A stretch of 64,000 nt of DNA, taken from positions 8,258-72,257 of IMG/VR virus record IMGVR_UViG_3300006924_000007, one strand, 5' to 3'. The notes below the pieces were generated by a model. That model worked only from the letters and a program-made list of their open reading frames with translations. It was not told the origin of the DNA and made no database searches. Positions 37,804 through 48,087 of this stretch are shown piece by piece (position 1 is the stretch's first letter; each line of letters begins with the position of its first letter). Made by a program: the position numbers and the translations under genes. The DNA is from a virus.

Positions 37804-38732
37804 GTTCCGCACTAGCACGTCCACTCCCAGAGTTTCATGGGTTTGGATATAGAATCGCACAGATAGAAAATAATACTCATTGCAACTATAAGTGTTGGTT
37901 CTGTCCTAATGCTTATGATAAACCTGCACCAAAAGAGTGTATGACCATAGAGCAGTTTCGTAAGATCCTTACAGAAATTCGTTCTGTCTATACACCATGG
38001 GAACTGAATGATGTCTCATTTGCCACATATAATGAACCCAATCTTGATGATGGGTTTAAGGATAAGTTGCAATTGATGACTGATATGGGATTTAATTATG
38101 AACATATCTCTAATGGTAGTATGGTTACAACTGAATTGACTGATTGGTTGATTGAGAATCCACAACGAATTAAACAGTTTCGTCTCAATATTCCAACACT
38201 GGATGAGAAGAAGTGGAAGGATATTACAGGTGCATCTACTGCTGTAATGTATCGGATGTATTATCAGTTGATGTATCTGTTTGAGAACTCACAGAGACTT
38301 AACTTTCCCATCACAGTGATTGTGAATGGTGATGGTAGTGCAAGTCATAAAGAAGAGTTCATGAAGGTATATCAGAAGTTCCAAAGATGTCCTCCTGGTA
38401 TTAACTTTAGTATGACCGGATTGATTGATAGGGCTGGAACACTTGAGGGTGCAGAGTGTGAAACACAAAAACTACCCACAGGTGCAATTGACTGGGGTGA
38501 TCAACCAACACGATGTAATGCAGGATACTTTGATAATCTATATTTTGGTATCAAAGGTAATGTATTCTATTGCTGCCATGATTACCACCAAGAGTATAGT
38601 TGTGGTAATATAAATGATACACCGCTGAAAGAACTTCTAAGTTCTGAGGCATATGAAACTCAAAAACTGAGGTTTCAACAAGATTTCTGTCGTAAATGTG
38701 AACAAGCAAGACCACTGGAGGTAGTAAAATGA
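37800..38732 (+). CDS. Radical SAM enzyme with a SPASM/twitch-like C-terminal domain
   Basis: CNYKCWFC (CxxxCxxC), YNEP, SNG; C-terminal C...CCHD...GNI...CRKC. Confidence 0.88.
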   Translation: MSSALARPLPEFHGFGYRIAQIENNTHCNYKCWFCPNAYDKPAPKECMTIEQFRKILTEIRSVYTPWELNDVSFATYNEPNLDDGFKDKLQLMTDMGFNYEHISNGSMVTTELTDWLIENPQRIKQFRLNIPTLDEKKWKDITGASTAVMYRMYYQLMYLFENSQRLNFPITVIVNGDGSASHKEEFMKVYQKFQRCPPGINFSMTGLIDRAGTLEGAECETQKLPTGAIDWGDQPTRCNAGYFDNLYFGIKGNVFYCCHDYHQEYSCGNINDTPLKELLSSEAYETQKLRFQQDFCRKCEQARPLEVVK

Positions 38733-39337
38733 CTGTAACACCACAAATGATCGCAATGAATAAGTATGATACTCAACTGCGTGACTTGATTCACGTTGAG
38801 AAGGGTATTATTCCTGCTAATCTGTGTGATTATCTCGTAGAAGAGATTGAAAAGAATGAATGGCGTCCTCATACTTGGTATAATAATGTTGCCAACTCAT
38901 TCGGTTCTGAAGAGACAATGGAACTGGATGTGCAGAACATTACTGGTGAGCATCAACAACTACTCACACCTTTTATGATTCAGGCAGGGTCAGCATATAA
39001 TGCAATCTATTCATTTAACTGCGAAAGAACTCAGCAGATTATGAATAAGTTCAGTTCAATTCGTTTTAATCGTTATGCACCAGGACAGATTATGCGTCAG
39101 CACCATGACCATATCCATTCACTGTTTGATGGTAATGAGAAAGGTATTCCTGTCCTTTCATTCATTCTTAACCTGAATGATGACTATGAAGGTGCAGAAC
39201 TATTCTTCTGGGATGATTATGTTGTGCCCCTGGGTAAGGGTGATATTATTATGTTCCCGTCTCTCTTCTTATTCCCTCATGGTGTGAAGGAAGCAACTAA
39301 AGGTAAGCGTTATTCTGCTGTATCTTGGGCTTGGTAA
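38729..39337 (+). CDS. 2OG-Fe(II) oxygenase (prolyl-4-hydroxylase-like)
   Basis: RY...HHD, LNDDYEGAEL, FPS...HGV...GKRYS. Confidence 0.88.
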   Translation: MTVTPQMIAMNKYDTQLRDLIHVEKGIIPANLCDYLVEEIEKNEWRPHTWYNNVANSFGSEETMELDVQNITGEHQQLLTPFMIQAGSAYNAIYSFNCERTQQIMNKFSSIRFNRYAPGQIMRQHHDHIHSLFDGNEKGIPVLSFILNLNDDYEGAELFFWDDYVVPLGKGDIIMFPSLFLFPHGVKEATKGKRYSAVSWAW

Positions 39338-40450
39338 TTACAATCCACCGTGACCGTTAGATGCAGATCCAGCACCACTCCTTGATTGTGTCAAATTACC
39401 AAAATCTATTGCATTTCCAGTGCTCATAATCTGAACATAATCAATTGTATCTGTTCTACTCGGTGTTGGACGATTACCACCAGCCCAGACTCCACGAGTT
39501 GGTGATGATGTAGCCTTCATTTCACCACCTCCAACAGTTAAATCACCAAAATCAACTGCATCTCCTAATGTTGCAATAGTAATATACTCAATAGTATTAA
39601 CATTAGGACCTGCACCCCCGAAAAGTCCCCTAACAGAATTTGAACAAGCTCCACCACCAGATGCAAACACATCGCCAAATTCTGATGCATTACCTAATGT
39701 AGATATCATTATAAATTCAAGAGTTGCTCCACCAAATACTGCCCTTGTTGAAGACTGACAAGCAGATTTCCCGCCAACATTTGAAGCATTACCAAAGTCT
39801 TGTGCATTTCCTGTTGACTGAATAGTTATATAATCAATAGTATCAACATTAGTAGTAGTATAACCAGCAATAAAAAGACCTCTGGTTGAATTTGAAGCAC
39901 CGCCAGCAGACATTCTTGCTTGTGATAAATTACCAAAATCTGCTGCATTTCCAGTTGATGCAATAGTAACAAAATCAATTGTATCTAATACTGTTGGAGT
40001 TCTTCCACCTCCGAAACACGCTCTGGTTCTGTCAGAAACTCCTGCTTGTAAGTGAACACCACTGCTTTGTGCATCACCAAAATTAATTGCATCTCCTGTT
40101 GACTGAATAGTTATATAATCAATTGTATTCGTATTTGGAGTTTCTCCACCAGAGAAGAGTCCACGAGTTCCACCAGTCTGTAACTCTGGTGACCAACTAT
40201 CAACTTCCATCCATATTCCGTTGGGAGTTGTTCCAAATCCAACGGGCCCGAGTATATAAACTTCTAATTTCTTGGAGTCAGTATTAAATCTGATTGATCC
40301 TGCGGGTGCTTGATTGTATGATGGTAATTCTTGTCCAGAAACATCACCAAAGGCACTTCCACCTCCTACTGTGGTATAACTTCCGCTACCACCACCTGAA
40401 CCACCGGAGCTGCCACCGCCTCCGCCTCCGCCGCCGCCACCATATCCCAT
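39338..40450 (-). CDS. Kelch-like six-repeat protein, type B (second half of the N-module), poly-Gly N-terminus
   Basis: MGYG(n); AGSIRFNTDSKKLEVY...W; six RG.F.GG...IDY.TI..GNA.DFG.L repeats; ends SNGHGGL. Confidence 0.8.
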   Translation of the reverse strand: MGYGGGGGGGGGGSSGGSGGGSGSYTTVGGGSAFGDVSGQELPSYNQAPAGSIRFNTDSKKLEVYILGPVGFGTTPNGIWMEVDSWSPELQTGGTRGLFSGGETPNTNTIDYITIQSTGDAINFGDAQSSGVHLQAGVSDRTRACFGGGRTPTVLDTIDFVTIASTGNAADFGNLSQARMSAGGASNSTRGLFIAGYTTTNVDTIDYITIQSTGNAQDFGNASNVGGKSACQSSTRAVFGGATLEFIMISTLGNASEFGDVFASGGGACSNSVRGLFGGAGPNVNTIEYITIATLGDAVDFGDLTVGGGEMKATSSPTRGVWAGGNRPTPSRTDTIDYVQIMSTGNAIDFGNLTQSRSGAGSASNGHGGL

Positions 40451-41472
40451 TAGCCTAGACCTCCATGTGAATCAGAACAAGCAGCAGTTTGGTTTCTTGC
40501 AAGATCTAAGTCACCAAAATCCTGTGCATCTCCAAGAGTGTTTATAGTTACATAAGAAATAGAATCGCCATCAGATGTCATATCACCAAAAATTGCTCTG
40601 GTTGGTGATGAACATGCTGATCCTAAAGTACATCCACTAATACAATCACCAAAATCTATTGCATCACCAAGACTTGCGATCGTTATATGATCAATGATAT
40701 TAGTATTAGATGGATTTGCTCCACCAAAAAATAATCCCCTCGTAGAATTGGATGCGGAAGCACCTTCTTTTCTCGCGTCTGTCAAATCCCCAAAGTCCTT
40801 TGTATTACCTTCAGTTGATATTGTTATATACTCTATTGTATTAACTGCAGGGTATGGAGATGCATATGGAGAATTTGATAAAGCAATAATACCTCTAGTT
40901 GTTGATGCATTCGACATGCCATAAGCAAAGGTTGCTGATGCATCTCCAAAAGTAGTTGCATTACCAAGACTGTTTATAGTTATAAACTCCATCTCACGAA
41001 AAGCTGTAACAGTGGGAGCAATATTCCCTCCCACACAAATACCTCTGGTGTTATCAGAAAGACAAGCAGTTCCTCTTTTTTGTCTGGTTAAATCACCAAA
41101 GTCAAAAGTATTTCCAAGTTGAGATATTGTAAGATATTGTATGGTGTTAATGTTAGTTGGAAATGTCTCTCCACCCATGAAGATGCCACGAGTGGATGAT
41201 GCACAACCACCAAATTCTGCAGTGGTTGTTGTTAAATTGCCAAAGTCGAGACCATTTCCTAAAGTAGAGATGGTAAATTTATCCATTCTCTCTTTGAGTC
41301 CTGGTGATGTTCTACCACCGACAAAGATACCAGTTCCTCTACCACCACGATAAGCAGTATCACCTCTTGGTAGTGCCATTGCACCAGTAGAGTTCATCTC
41401 AACGGTGCCAGAAATTACAGGACCATTAGTTCCACTCAAACTTTGTATATTGTTTACCTTAATGTCTGACAT
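40450..41472 (-). CDS. Kelch-like six-repeat protein, type A (first half of the N-module)
   Basis: MSDIKVNNI...LPRGDTAYR leads directly into the repeats; ends SDSHGGLG. Confidence 0.8.
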   Translation of the reverse strand: MSDIKVNNIQSLSGTNGPVISGTVEMNSTGAMALPRGDTAYRGGRGTGIFVGGRTSPGLKERMDKFTISTLGNGLDFGNLTTTTAEFGGCASSTRGIFMGGETFPTNINTIQYLTISQLGNTFDFGDLTRQKRGTACLSDNTRGICVGGNIAPTVTAFREMEFITINSLGNATTFGDASATFAYGMSNASTTRGIIALSNSPYASPYPAVNTIEYITISTEGNTKDFGDLTDARKEGASASNSTRGLFFGGANPSNTNIIDHITIASLGDAIDFGDCISGCTLGSACSSPTRAIFGDMTSDGDSISYVTINTLGDAQDFGDLDLARNQTAACSDSHGGLG

Positions 41473-41495
41473 CGGTTAATATCTCATACGATTAT

Positions 41496-42629
41496 TTATC
41501 CAAGACCACCATGTGAATCAGAACAACCATTTTTTAATCTTCTTCTTGCGGCAGTTAAATTTCCAAAGTCGGTTGCATCACCAAGAGTTGCGATAGTCAC
41601 ATAATCAATGACATCACTTAATGATGGTGATTCTCCCCCTGCCCAACAACAACGAGAGGGTGAAGAAAACGCACCTACTTGTCCTCTTCCTACAGTCAAA
41701 TCGCCAAAATCTAGTGAATCTCCAAGAGATGCGATTGTGATGTAATCTATTGCTGCATTAAAGGGAACTCCCGGATAATCTCCACCACCAAATACACCTC
41801 TTACAGAATTCGATGCACCGTTAGCATCAGTTGCCCCATTTATACCAGCATCTCCAAAATCTTGTGCATTTCCCATCGTGGAAATGGTCACGTATTGCAT
41901 GGTATTGTTATATGTTCCAGGTGATGGAGCATAATAGTTTATCCAAATACCTCTGGTTGAACTTGCTGCATTGGAGAAATTATTACAAGCAGTGACCAGA
42001 TCACCAAAGAAGAATGCATTCCCTAATGTAGAAATTGTAATTTGATCAATGGTGCTTCTATAATTGGACTGGTCGTAACCTCCTCCGGCCAATCCTCTAG
42101 TGTCATTTGATACTGTACCGACTCCGTGCTCTGCTGAACTTAAATCTCCAAAATCAAATGCATTTCCAGTTGCAGAAATTGTTACATAATCAATTGTATT
42201 TTGAGAAGTATCACCTGGAGCATTTCCTCCACACCAAACTCCACGCACAGAAGAAGCAAGACCAGAAACATAATCGTTTGCTCTAGTTAAATCGCCAAAA
42301 TCGGTTGCATCTCCTGTTGTTGCAATTGTTACGTAATCAATAGTATTAAATTGTGAAGGACCAAATCCTCCACCCCACATTCCACGACCTCTACTACCTC
42401 TCTCTGCCGTAGTTCCACTTGGAGGAATGAAGTGTGCCGTGGAATTTACTTCTACAATACCATCAACATCTGTTCCTCTCTTTCCATCTCTGCTTGTTAT
42501 ATTATCTACTTTTAGGTTTGCGGTTCTATCATCACTTACACGGCGATATCCAGACCCACCAGAAGCACCTGATCCTCCTCCTGATCCACCGCCACCGCCG
42601 CCGCCGCCACCGCCGCCACCGTATCCCAT
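41496..42629 (-). CDS. Kelch-like six-repeat protein, type A, poly-Gly N-terminus
   Basis: MGYG(n)...NLKVDNI...FIPPSGTTAER then the repeats; ends SDSHGGLG. Confidence 0.8.
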   Translation of the reverse strand: MGYGGGGGGGGGGGGSGGGSGASGGSGYRRVSDDRTANLKVDNITSRDGKRGTDVDGIVEVNSTAHFIPPSGTTAERGSRGRGMWGGGFGPSQFNTIDYVTIATTGDATDFGDLTRANDYVSGLASSVRGVWCGGNAPGDTSQNTIDYVTISATGNAFDFGDLSSAEHGVGTVSNDTRGLAGGGYDQSNYRSTIDQITISTLGNAFFFGDLVTACNNFSNAASSTRGIWINYYAPSPGTYNNTMQYVTISTMGNAQDFGDAGINGATDANGASNSVRGVFGGGDYPGVPFNAAIDYITIASLGDSLDFGDLTVGRGQVGAFSSPSRCCWAGGESPSLSDVIDYVTIATLGDATDFGNLTAARRRLKNGCSDSHGGLG

Positions 42630-42660
42630 TAGTTACTCCGACTATAGTATCTCACAGTAT

Positions 42661-43731
42661 TTATCCCAATCCACCGTGACCATTAGAAATGCCCATAGAA
42701 AGTCTTCTTGCACTGGTCAAATTACCAAAGTCAACTGCATCACCTAAACTCATAATCTGTACATAAGCAATTGTATCAACATTTGGTGTTCCTCCGCCAG
42801 CAAAAATTGAACGAGTCGATGATGCTGCTGATGTTGAATATGCTGCATCATAGGTTAAATCACCAAAATCTATTGCATTTCCAAGGGTGGCAATTGTTCC
42901 ATAACTTAAAGATCCAACAGGAGATCCACCATCTCCATGAATACCTCTTACAGAATTGGAAGATGAACCTCTATTTGAAGTGGTAGATTGTGCATCTCCA
43001 AAGTCCGCAGAATTTCCTAATGTGGATATTGTAATATATTGAATTGTATTAATGCTGCTAATACTGGGAGTTGTACCTGTGTTTCCACATAGGTGAATAC
43101 CTCTTGTTGATGAAGCCCATCCACCACCTGTATGATTTCCTGCACCAGTATATAAATCACCAAAATCAACAGCATCTCCTGTTGATGCAATGGTTATGTA
43201 GTCGATTACATTTGATCCTTTATAATTGGGAGATTGAGGTGCAAGACCACCCATAAGAACACCACGAGTGGAATTTGCACAACTGCCCATACTTCTTCTG
43301 GCAGTGGTCATATCACCAAATGTGGTGTCATTACCTGTTGATGATATGGTGATGTACTTCAGGTTCGTTGAATAATGAGGTAAATTTCCTCCGAATACAC
43401 CTCTTGTTCTTGATGCCAGAGCAAATCCCTCATAATCGGATGTTGCAGTTCCAAAAGAAATTGCATCGCCAGTGGAACTCATATTAACATAATCAATACC
43501 AGTTTGATCTCTTCCACATACAATTACACCACGAGTTCCACCAGTCTGAATATCTGGTGAATCAGTTGTGAGTTGAACCCATTCTCCTGCTGCCATGGTT
43601 CCAATGCCAGCATAAGAACTTGTGCTTCCACCTTCCATTCCAATACGGAAATACTCTAGTTTCATAGAGTCCGTGTTGAATCTGATTGCTCCTGGAGTTA
43701 TATTACCTGGTGCGTTTTCTCCGTGTGCCAT
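42661..43731 (-). CDS. Kelch-like six-repeat protein, type B
   Basis: PGAIRFNTDSMKLEYF...W; ends SNGHGGLG. Confidence 0.8.
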   Translation of the reverse strand: MAHGENAPGNITPGAIRFNTDSMKLEYFRIGMEGGSTSSYAGIGTMAAGEWVQLTTDSPDIQTGGTRGVIVCGRDQTGIDYVNMSSTGDAISFGTATSDYEGFALASRTRGVFGGNLPHYSTNLKYITISSTGNDTTFGDMTTARRSMGSCANSTRGVLMGGLAPQSPNYKGSNVIDYITIASTGDAVDFGDLYTGAGNHTGGGWASSTRGIHLCGNTGTTPSISSINTIQYITISTLGNSADFGDAQSTTSNRGSSSNSVRGIHGDGGSPVGSLSYGTIATLGNAIDFGDLTYDAAYSTSAASSTRSIFAGGGTPNVDTIAYVQIMSLGDAVDFGNLTSARRLSMGISNGHGGLG

Positions 43732-44735
43732 TATCCTAGACCTCCGTGTGAATCAGAACATGCACCAACTTCTCTTCCTGCTTCAATTAAATCTCCAAAG
43801 TCAACTGCATTACCAATAGATGCAATGGCGACATAATCAATTACATCACTATCACTTGGAGTATCACCACCACCCCAGACACCACGAGTACTAGAGGAAC
43901 AAGCACCAGGATAATATCTTGCTAATGTCAAATCACCAAAGTCTTGTGCATTTCCTTTTGATGCAATAGTGACATAATCCATTGTATTAACTCTGGCTGG
44001 GGCCGAGACTCCACCAGCAAAAACACCACGAGTTGATGAAGAACAAGCAGAAACTCCATATCTTACTTGAGTTAAATCTCCAAAGTCTGCTGCATTTCCT
44101 AATGATGCTATGGTGATAAAATCTATTGTGTTTTGATTAGTTGCTCCAGGATCTTGACCACCACCAAAGACACCACGAGTACTAGAGGAACAAGCACCAA
44201 GATTACTTCTTATTTGAGTTAAGTCACCAAAGTATGCAGCATTTCCTTTTGATGCAATGGTAATATAATCTATTATTTTTACTTTAGCTGTTGCATCCTC
44301 ACCACCACCAAAGACCCCACGAGTACTAGAGGAACAAGCAGGAAATTCTTTTCTTACTCCAGTCAAATCACCAAAATCAAATGCATTACCTGTTGATGAT
44401 ATAGTTACAAATTCTATTATGTTTAATCTACTTGGAACAGCACCACCACCAAAGACACCACGAGTACTAGAGGAACAAGCACTCGGAGCTTTCCTTGCTG
44501 CAGATAAATTGCCAAAATCAGTTGCATTTCCTAGTGTAGAAATTGTTATATACTCAATTCTATCAGTAGATGGATCTCCCCCACCAAAAACACCACGACC
44601 TCTACCACCACGATAAGCAGTATCACCAGAAGGCATCACAATACCAGAAGTTCCAGTGAAGGTAGTGATACCTGCAATATCTGGTCCTCTGGATGCATCT
44701 TGACTTTTGATTTGATCTATTCTAAATTCTGACAT
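43731..44735 (-). CDS. Kelch-like six-repeat protein, type A
   Basis: MSEFRIDQI...MPSGDTAYR; highly homogeneous ACSSSTRGV(F/W)(G/A)GG repeats; ends SDSHGGLG. Confidence 0.8.
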   Translation of the reverse strand: MSEFRIDQIKSQDASRGPDIAGITTFTGTSGIVMPSGDTAYRGGRGRGVFGGGDPSTDRIEYITISTLGNATDFGNLSAARKAPSACSSSTRGVFGGGAVPSRLNIIEFVTISSTGNAFDFGDLTGVRKEFPACSSSTRGVFGGGEDATAKVKIIDYITIASKGNAAYFGDLTQIRSNLGACSSSTRGVFGGGQDPGATNQNTIDFITIASLGNAADFGDLTQVRYGVSACSSSTRGVFAGGVSAPARVNTMDYVTIASKGNAQDFGDLTLARYYPGACSSSTRGVWGGGDTPSDSDVIDYVAIASIGNAVDFGDLIEAGREVGACSDSHGGLG

Positions 44736-45790
44736 TATAAACCTCCGTGACCATTAGAGCATCCCATTTCTTGTAAAAGAGTTGGGTTTATCAGGTCACC
44801 AAAATCAATTGCATTGCCGGTTGTCATAATTTGAACATAATCTATTATATTAGTTTGTGTTGGTGCCCAAGATCCTGCCCAACATCCACGAGTTGGTGAT
44901 GATACTGCACCAATCTCATGTCTTGCTGTAGTTAAGTCACCAAAATCAGTTCCATTACCAAGAGTACTCATCGTCACATATTCAATGGCATTTGTACTTG
45001 ATCCGGCATTACCACCACCATTCAAACCTCTCACTGCATTTGAACATCCGGCAGCATAATATTTTGCAACATTTAAATTACCAAAATCTGCAGTATTTCC
45101 AAGAGTTGATATGGTAACAAATTGAATATAGTCTTTGATATCACTTATATATCCTCCCATTGCAAATCCACGAGTGGGTGAATTAAATGATGATTGAGAT
45201 CTCACTGCCTCAGTAAGATCGCCAAAATCTTTTCCAGCACCTGTTGCTGCAATAGTGACATATTCTATACTTGCAGTTAAAGGTGATGGTCCAGTAAAAC
45301 CACCAGCTATAAGACCCCTAGTTGAATTACTCATACCAACAGGATAATACCTACCAGTGGGTATATCACCAAAATCTGTTGTATTGCCACCACTTGCTAT
45401 GGCACAAGTATCAATAGAAGCAAGTGTAGATGGAGTAAGTCCTCCTGCCCACATTGCTCTTGTTCTACTAGAGAATCCAGCATTACCATATACTGCTCCA
45501 CTTCCAGATAAAGTTCCAAAATCTACTGCATTACCAGTAGTGTTAATCTGTATATATTGAATGTCATCATATCTTGGATGAGGCGATGTTCCAAAACCAC
45601 CTGCATACAATCCACGAGTTCCACCAGTCTGAACCTCTGGTGATGTTGCTTCTATTTCTTCCCACTGACCAGCAGCAAGTGTGCCGATTCCTGCCATTGA
45701 AGCAGTTCCTTCATAGTTTGCACTACCACGAAAGATCTCCAGCTTCATGGAGTCGGTATTAAATCTAAATGCTCCTGGTTTAATCGTCAT
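44735..45790 (-). CDS. Kelch-like six-repeat protein, type B
   Basis: MTIKPGAFRFNTDSMKLEIF...W; ends SNGHGGL. Confidence 0.8.
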   Translation of the reverse strand: MTIKPGAFRFNTDSMKLEIFRGSANYEGTASMAGIGTLAAGQWEEIEATSPEVQTGGTRGLYAGGFGTSPHPRYDDIQYIQINTTGNAVDFGTLSGSGAVYGNAGFSSRTRAMWAGGLTPSTLASIDTCAIASGGNTTDFGDIPTGRYYPVGMSNSTRGLIAGGFTGPSPLTASIEYVTIAATGAGKDFGDLTEAVRSQSSFNSPTRGFAMGGYISDIKDYIQFVTISTLGNTADFGNLNVAKYYAAGCSNAVRGLNGGGNAGSSTNAIEYVTMSTLGNGTDFGDLTTARHEIGAVSSPTRGCWAGSWAPTQTNIIDYVQIMTTGNAIDFGDLINPTLLQEMGCSNGHGGL

Positions 45791-45815
45791 CAGATATTAC
45801 TCTCCATAGTTATAT

Positions 45816-46949
45816 TTAGAGACCTCCGTGACCGTTGGAACAACCACCTTCTCCGCTCCATCTTGCAACTGTCAAATTGCCAAAATCTACTGCATTACCG
45901 GTTGTTTGTATTGTTACAAAATCAATAGTATCATCGTTTGGTGCTGCACCACCAGCCCATAAACCTCTTATAGGTGAAGAGGTTGAGTTTCCGTGTTGCA
46001 TGGTTCTTGTTAAATCACCAAAGTCTTGTGCATTTCCTAATGTTGCAATGGTAATAAATTGTATTGTACTAACTTTTGATGGTGTTAATCCTCCTCCATG
46101 TACTCCTCTTGTCGCATTACCACATCCAATCGCATCAAATTGATTCTGCACCAAATCTCCAAAGTCTTGTGCATTTCCGGTAGTAGATGTGGTTACATAT
46201 TGAATTGTAGAATCCTCTGCTGGTGTAGAACCTCCGGCAAATATGGCACGAACTGGTGATTGGCATGTTCCAACATTATTAGTTGCTGCAATTAGATCTC
46301 CAAAATCAACTGCATTACCTGTTGATTGAATTGTAACATAATCAATTGTATTTACTTTAGTTGGACTTGCAACTCCACCACCAAATAGTGCTCTCGTTGA
46401 ATTAGCAGCGGATCCAGCACCTCTTCTACCTACACTCAAATTTCCAAAATCTTGTGCATTTCCTGTTGACGAAATTGTTACATAATCTATTACATCATTT
46501 GTTGGATTTTGTCCTCCCCATAAACCTCTAGTTCTATCCGCATTAGCTGCAGCAGCATATCTTGCTACTGTTAGATTTCCAAAGTCCTGTGCGTTTCCAA
46601 GAGTAGAGATAGTAACATAATCAATTACATCTTGATTTGCTGGTGCAGCATATCCACCACCAAACAATCCACGAGCTCCTGTTCCACCGGAAGAGTTTGT
46701 ATTATTTTGATCTCCAAGTTCGTTGTTATTAGTAATCACATCAACCCAAAGTTCACCTGTGTAATACTCAAGGTGACCACTATCAGTATTAAACCTTATC
46801 ATCCCTTCTCCGGGACTTGAAGGTCTCTGTGCTGTTGAACCTGATGGTGGAACAAAATAGTTTGGTGATGAGAATGTAGAGATGCCAGATACTACTGGTG
46901 CTCCATCTTCGTTCTCGTTAAAAAGATTGCTTACATTAAGTCTTGACAT
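45816..46949 (-). CDS. Kelch-like six-repeat protein, full N-module
   Basis: FVPPSGSTAQRP...GMIRFNTDSGHLEYY...W; 377 aa. Confidence 0.8.
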   Translation of the reverse strand: MSRLNVSNLFNENEDGAPVVSGISTFSSPNYFVPPSGSTAQRPSSPGEGMIRFNTDSGHLEYYTGELWVDVITNNNELGDQNNTNSSGGTGARGLFGGGYAAPANQDVIDYVTISTLGNAQDFGNLTVARYAAAANADRTRGLWGGQNPTNDVIDYVTISSTGNAQDFGNLSVGRRGAGSAANSTRALFGGGVASPTKVNTIDYVTIQSTGNAVDFGDLIAATNNVGTCQSPVRAIFAGGSTPAEDSTIQYVTTSTTGNAQDFGDLVQNQFDAIGCGNATRGVHGGGLTPSKVSTIQFITIATLGNAQDFGDLTRTMQHGNSTSSPIRGLWAGGAAPNDDTIDFVTIQTTGNAVDFGNLTVARWSGEGGCSNGHGGL

Positions 46950-46951
46950 GA

Positions 46952-48085
46952 TTATAAACCTCCATGACCATTAGATATTGCACCATAACCATATGATCTT
47001 GCTTGAGTTAAATCTCCAAAATCTGTTGCATTTCCAGTGGTGGCAAATTCAATATAATCAATCGTATTACGTTTACCACCTGGTTTCTGACCACCAGCAA
47101 ATACTCCTCTTGTAGGACTTGCAGCAGCAGAAGTTCCAGTTCTTGCTTCAGTTAAATCACCAAAGTCTTGTGCATTTCCTGTGGTTGCAATTGTCATAAA
47201 ATCAATCGCATTATTAGTGCCACTTCTCCCTGCATAAACTCCCCTTGTTGCATTTGAGGATGCTCCTGCACAGTTTCCTTCAGCCGTCAAATCTCCAAAG
47301 TCCTGTGTATTTCCTGTTGTTGAAAGAGTTACATATTGAATAACATTGGTGGCGTCACCTGTTCCACCCATTGCTAATCCACGAATAGATGATGCAAAGT
47401 TTGATGTTCCCTGAATTGCTACTATCAAATTACCAAAATCAACAGCATCTCCGTCTGATGCAATTTCTACATAATCAACAGTATCTTGTGAAGATGGATT
47501 TACTCCTCCACTAAAAATACCCCTTGTTTGATTAGAACATGCACCTATATTATGCCTAGCTACAGTTAAGTCTCCCCCAGTATCAACTGCATTTCCAGTT
47601 GATGCAATTGTAATCTTCTCTATAGCATCTCTTTGTCCTGGTGTATATCCACCAGCAATAAGTCCTCTAGTTCTTGATGCACACTGACCAGAACTTCTAT
47701 ATACTGAAGTTTGATTACCAAAATCTTGTGCATTTCCTAAAGTTGAAATGGAAATATAATCTATTGTATCAACTATAGTTGGTGTATATCCACCTGCAAA
47801 TACCGCACGAACTCCTGTTCCACCAGCAGAGTTTGATACATTATTATTACCAAGATTAGGAGACTCACCAAGTATCGTTGCCCAGTGGTCGTTTCTCCAT
47901 ACTTCAAGTCTTCCAATATCAGTATTAAACCTCAACATCCCTGGTGGAGGACTACTGGGTCTTTCTGCTGTTGATCCTGATGGTGGAACGAAATAATATG
48001 GTGATGTAAATGTTGTAAGTCCTACAATATTTGGACCGCTACTACCAAATTCATCACTAAAACCTGAAGCCTTAAATTCTGACAT
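46952..48085 (-). CDS. Kelch-like six-repeat protein, full N-module
   Basis: FVPPSGSTAERP...GMLRFNTDIGRLEVW; 377 aa. Confidence 0.8.
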   Translation of the reverse strand: MSEFKASGFSDEFGSSGPNIVGLTTFTSPYYFVPPSGSTAERPSSPPPGMLRFNTDIGRLEVWRNDHWATILGESPNLGNNNVSNSAGGTGVRAVFAGGYTPTIVDTIDYISISTLGNAQDFGNQTSVYRSSGQCASRTRGLIAGGYTPGQRDAIEKITIASTGNAVDTGGDLTVARHNIGACSNQTRGIFSGGVNPSSQDTVDYVEIASDGDAVDFGNLIVAIQGTSNFASSIRGLAMGGTGDATNVIQYVTLSTTGNTQDFGDLTAEGNCAGASSNATRGVYAGRSGTNNAIDFMTIATTGNAQDFGDLTEARTGTSAAASPTRGVFAGGQKPGGKRNTIDYIEFATTGNATDFGDLTQARSYGYGAISNGHGGL

Positions 48086-48087
48086 AA

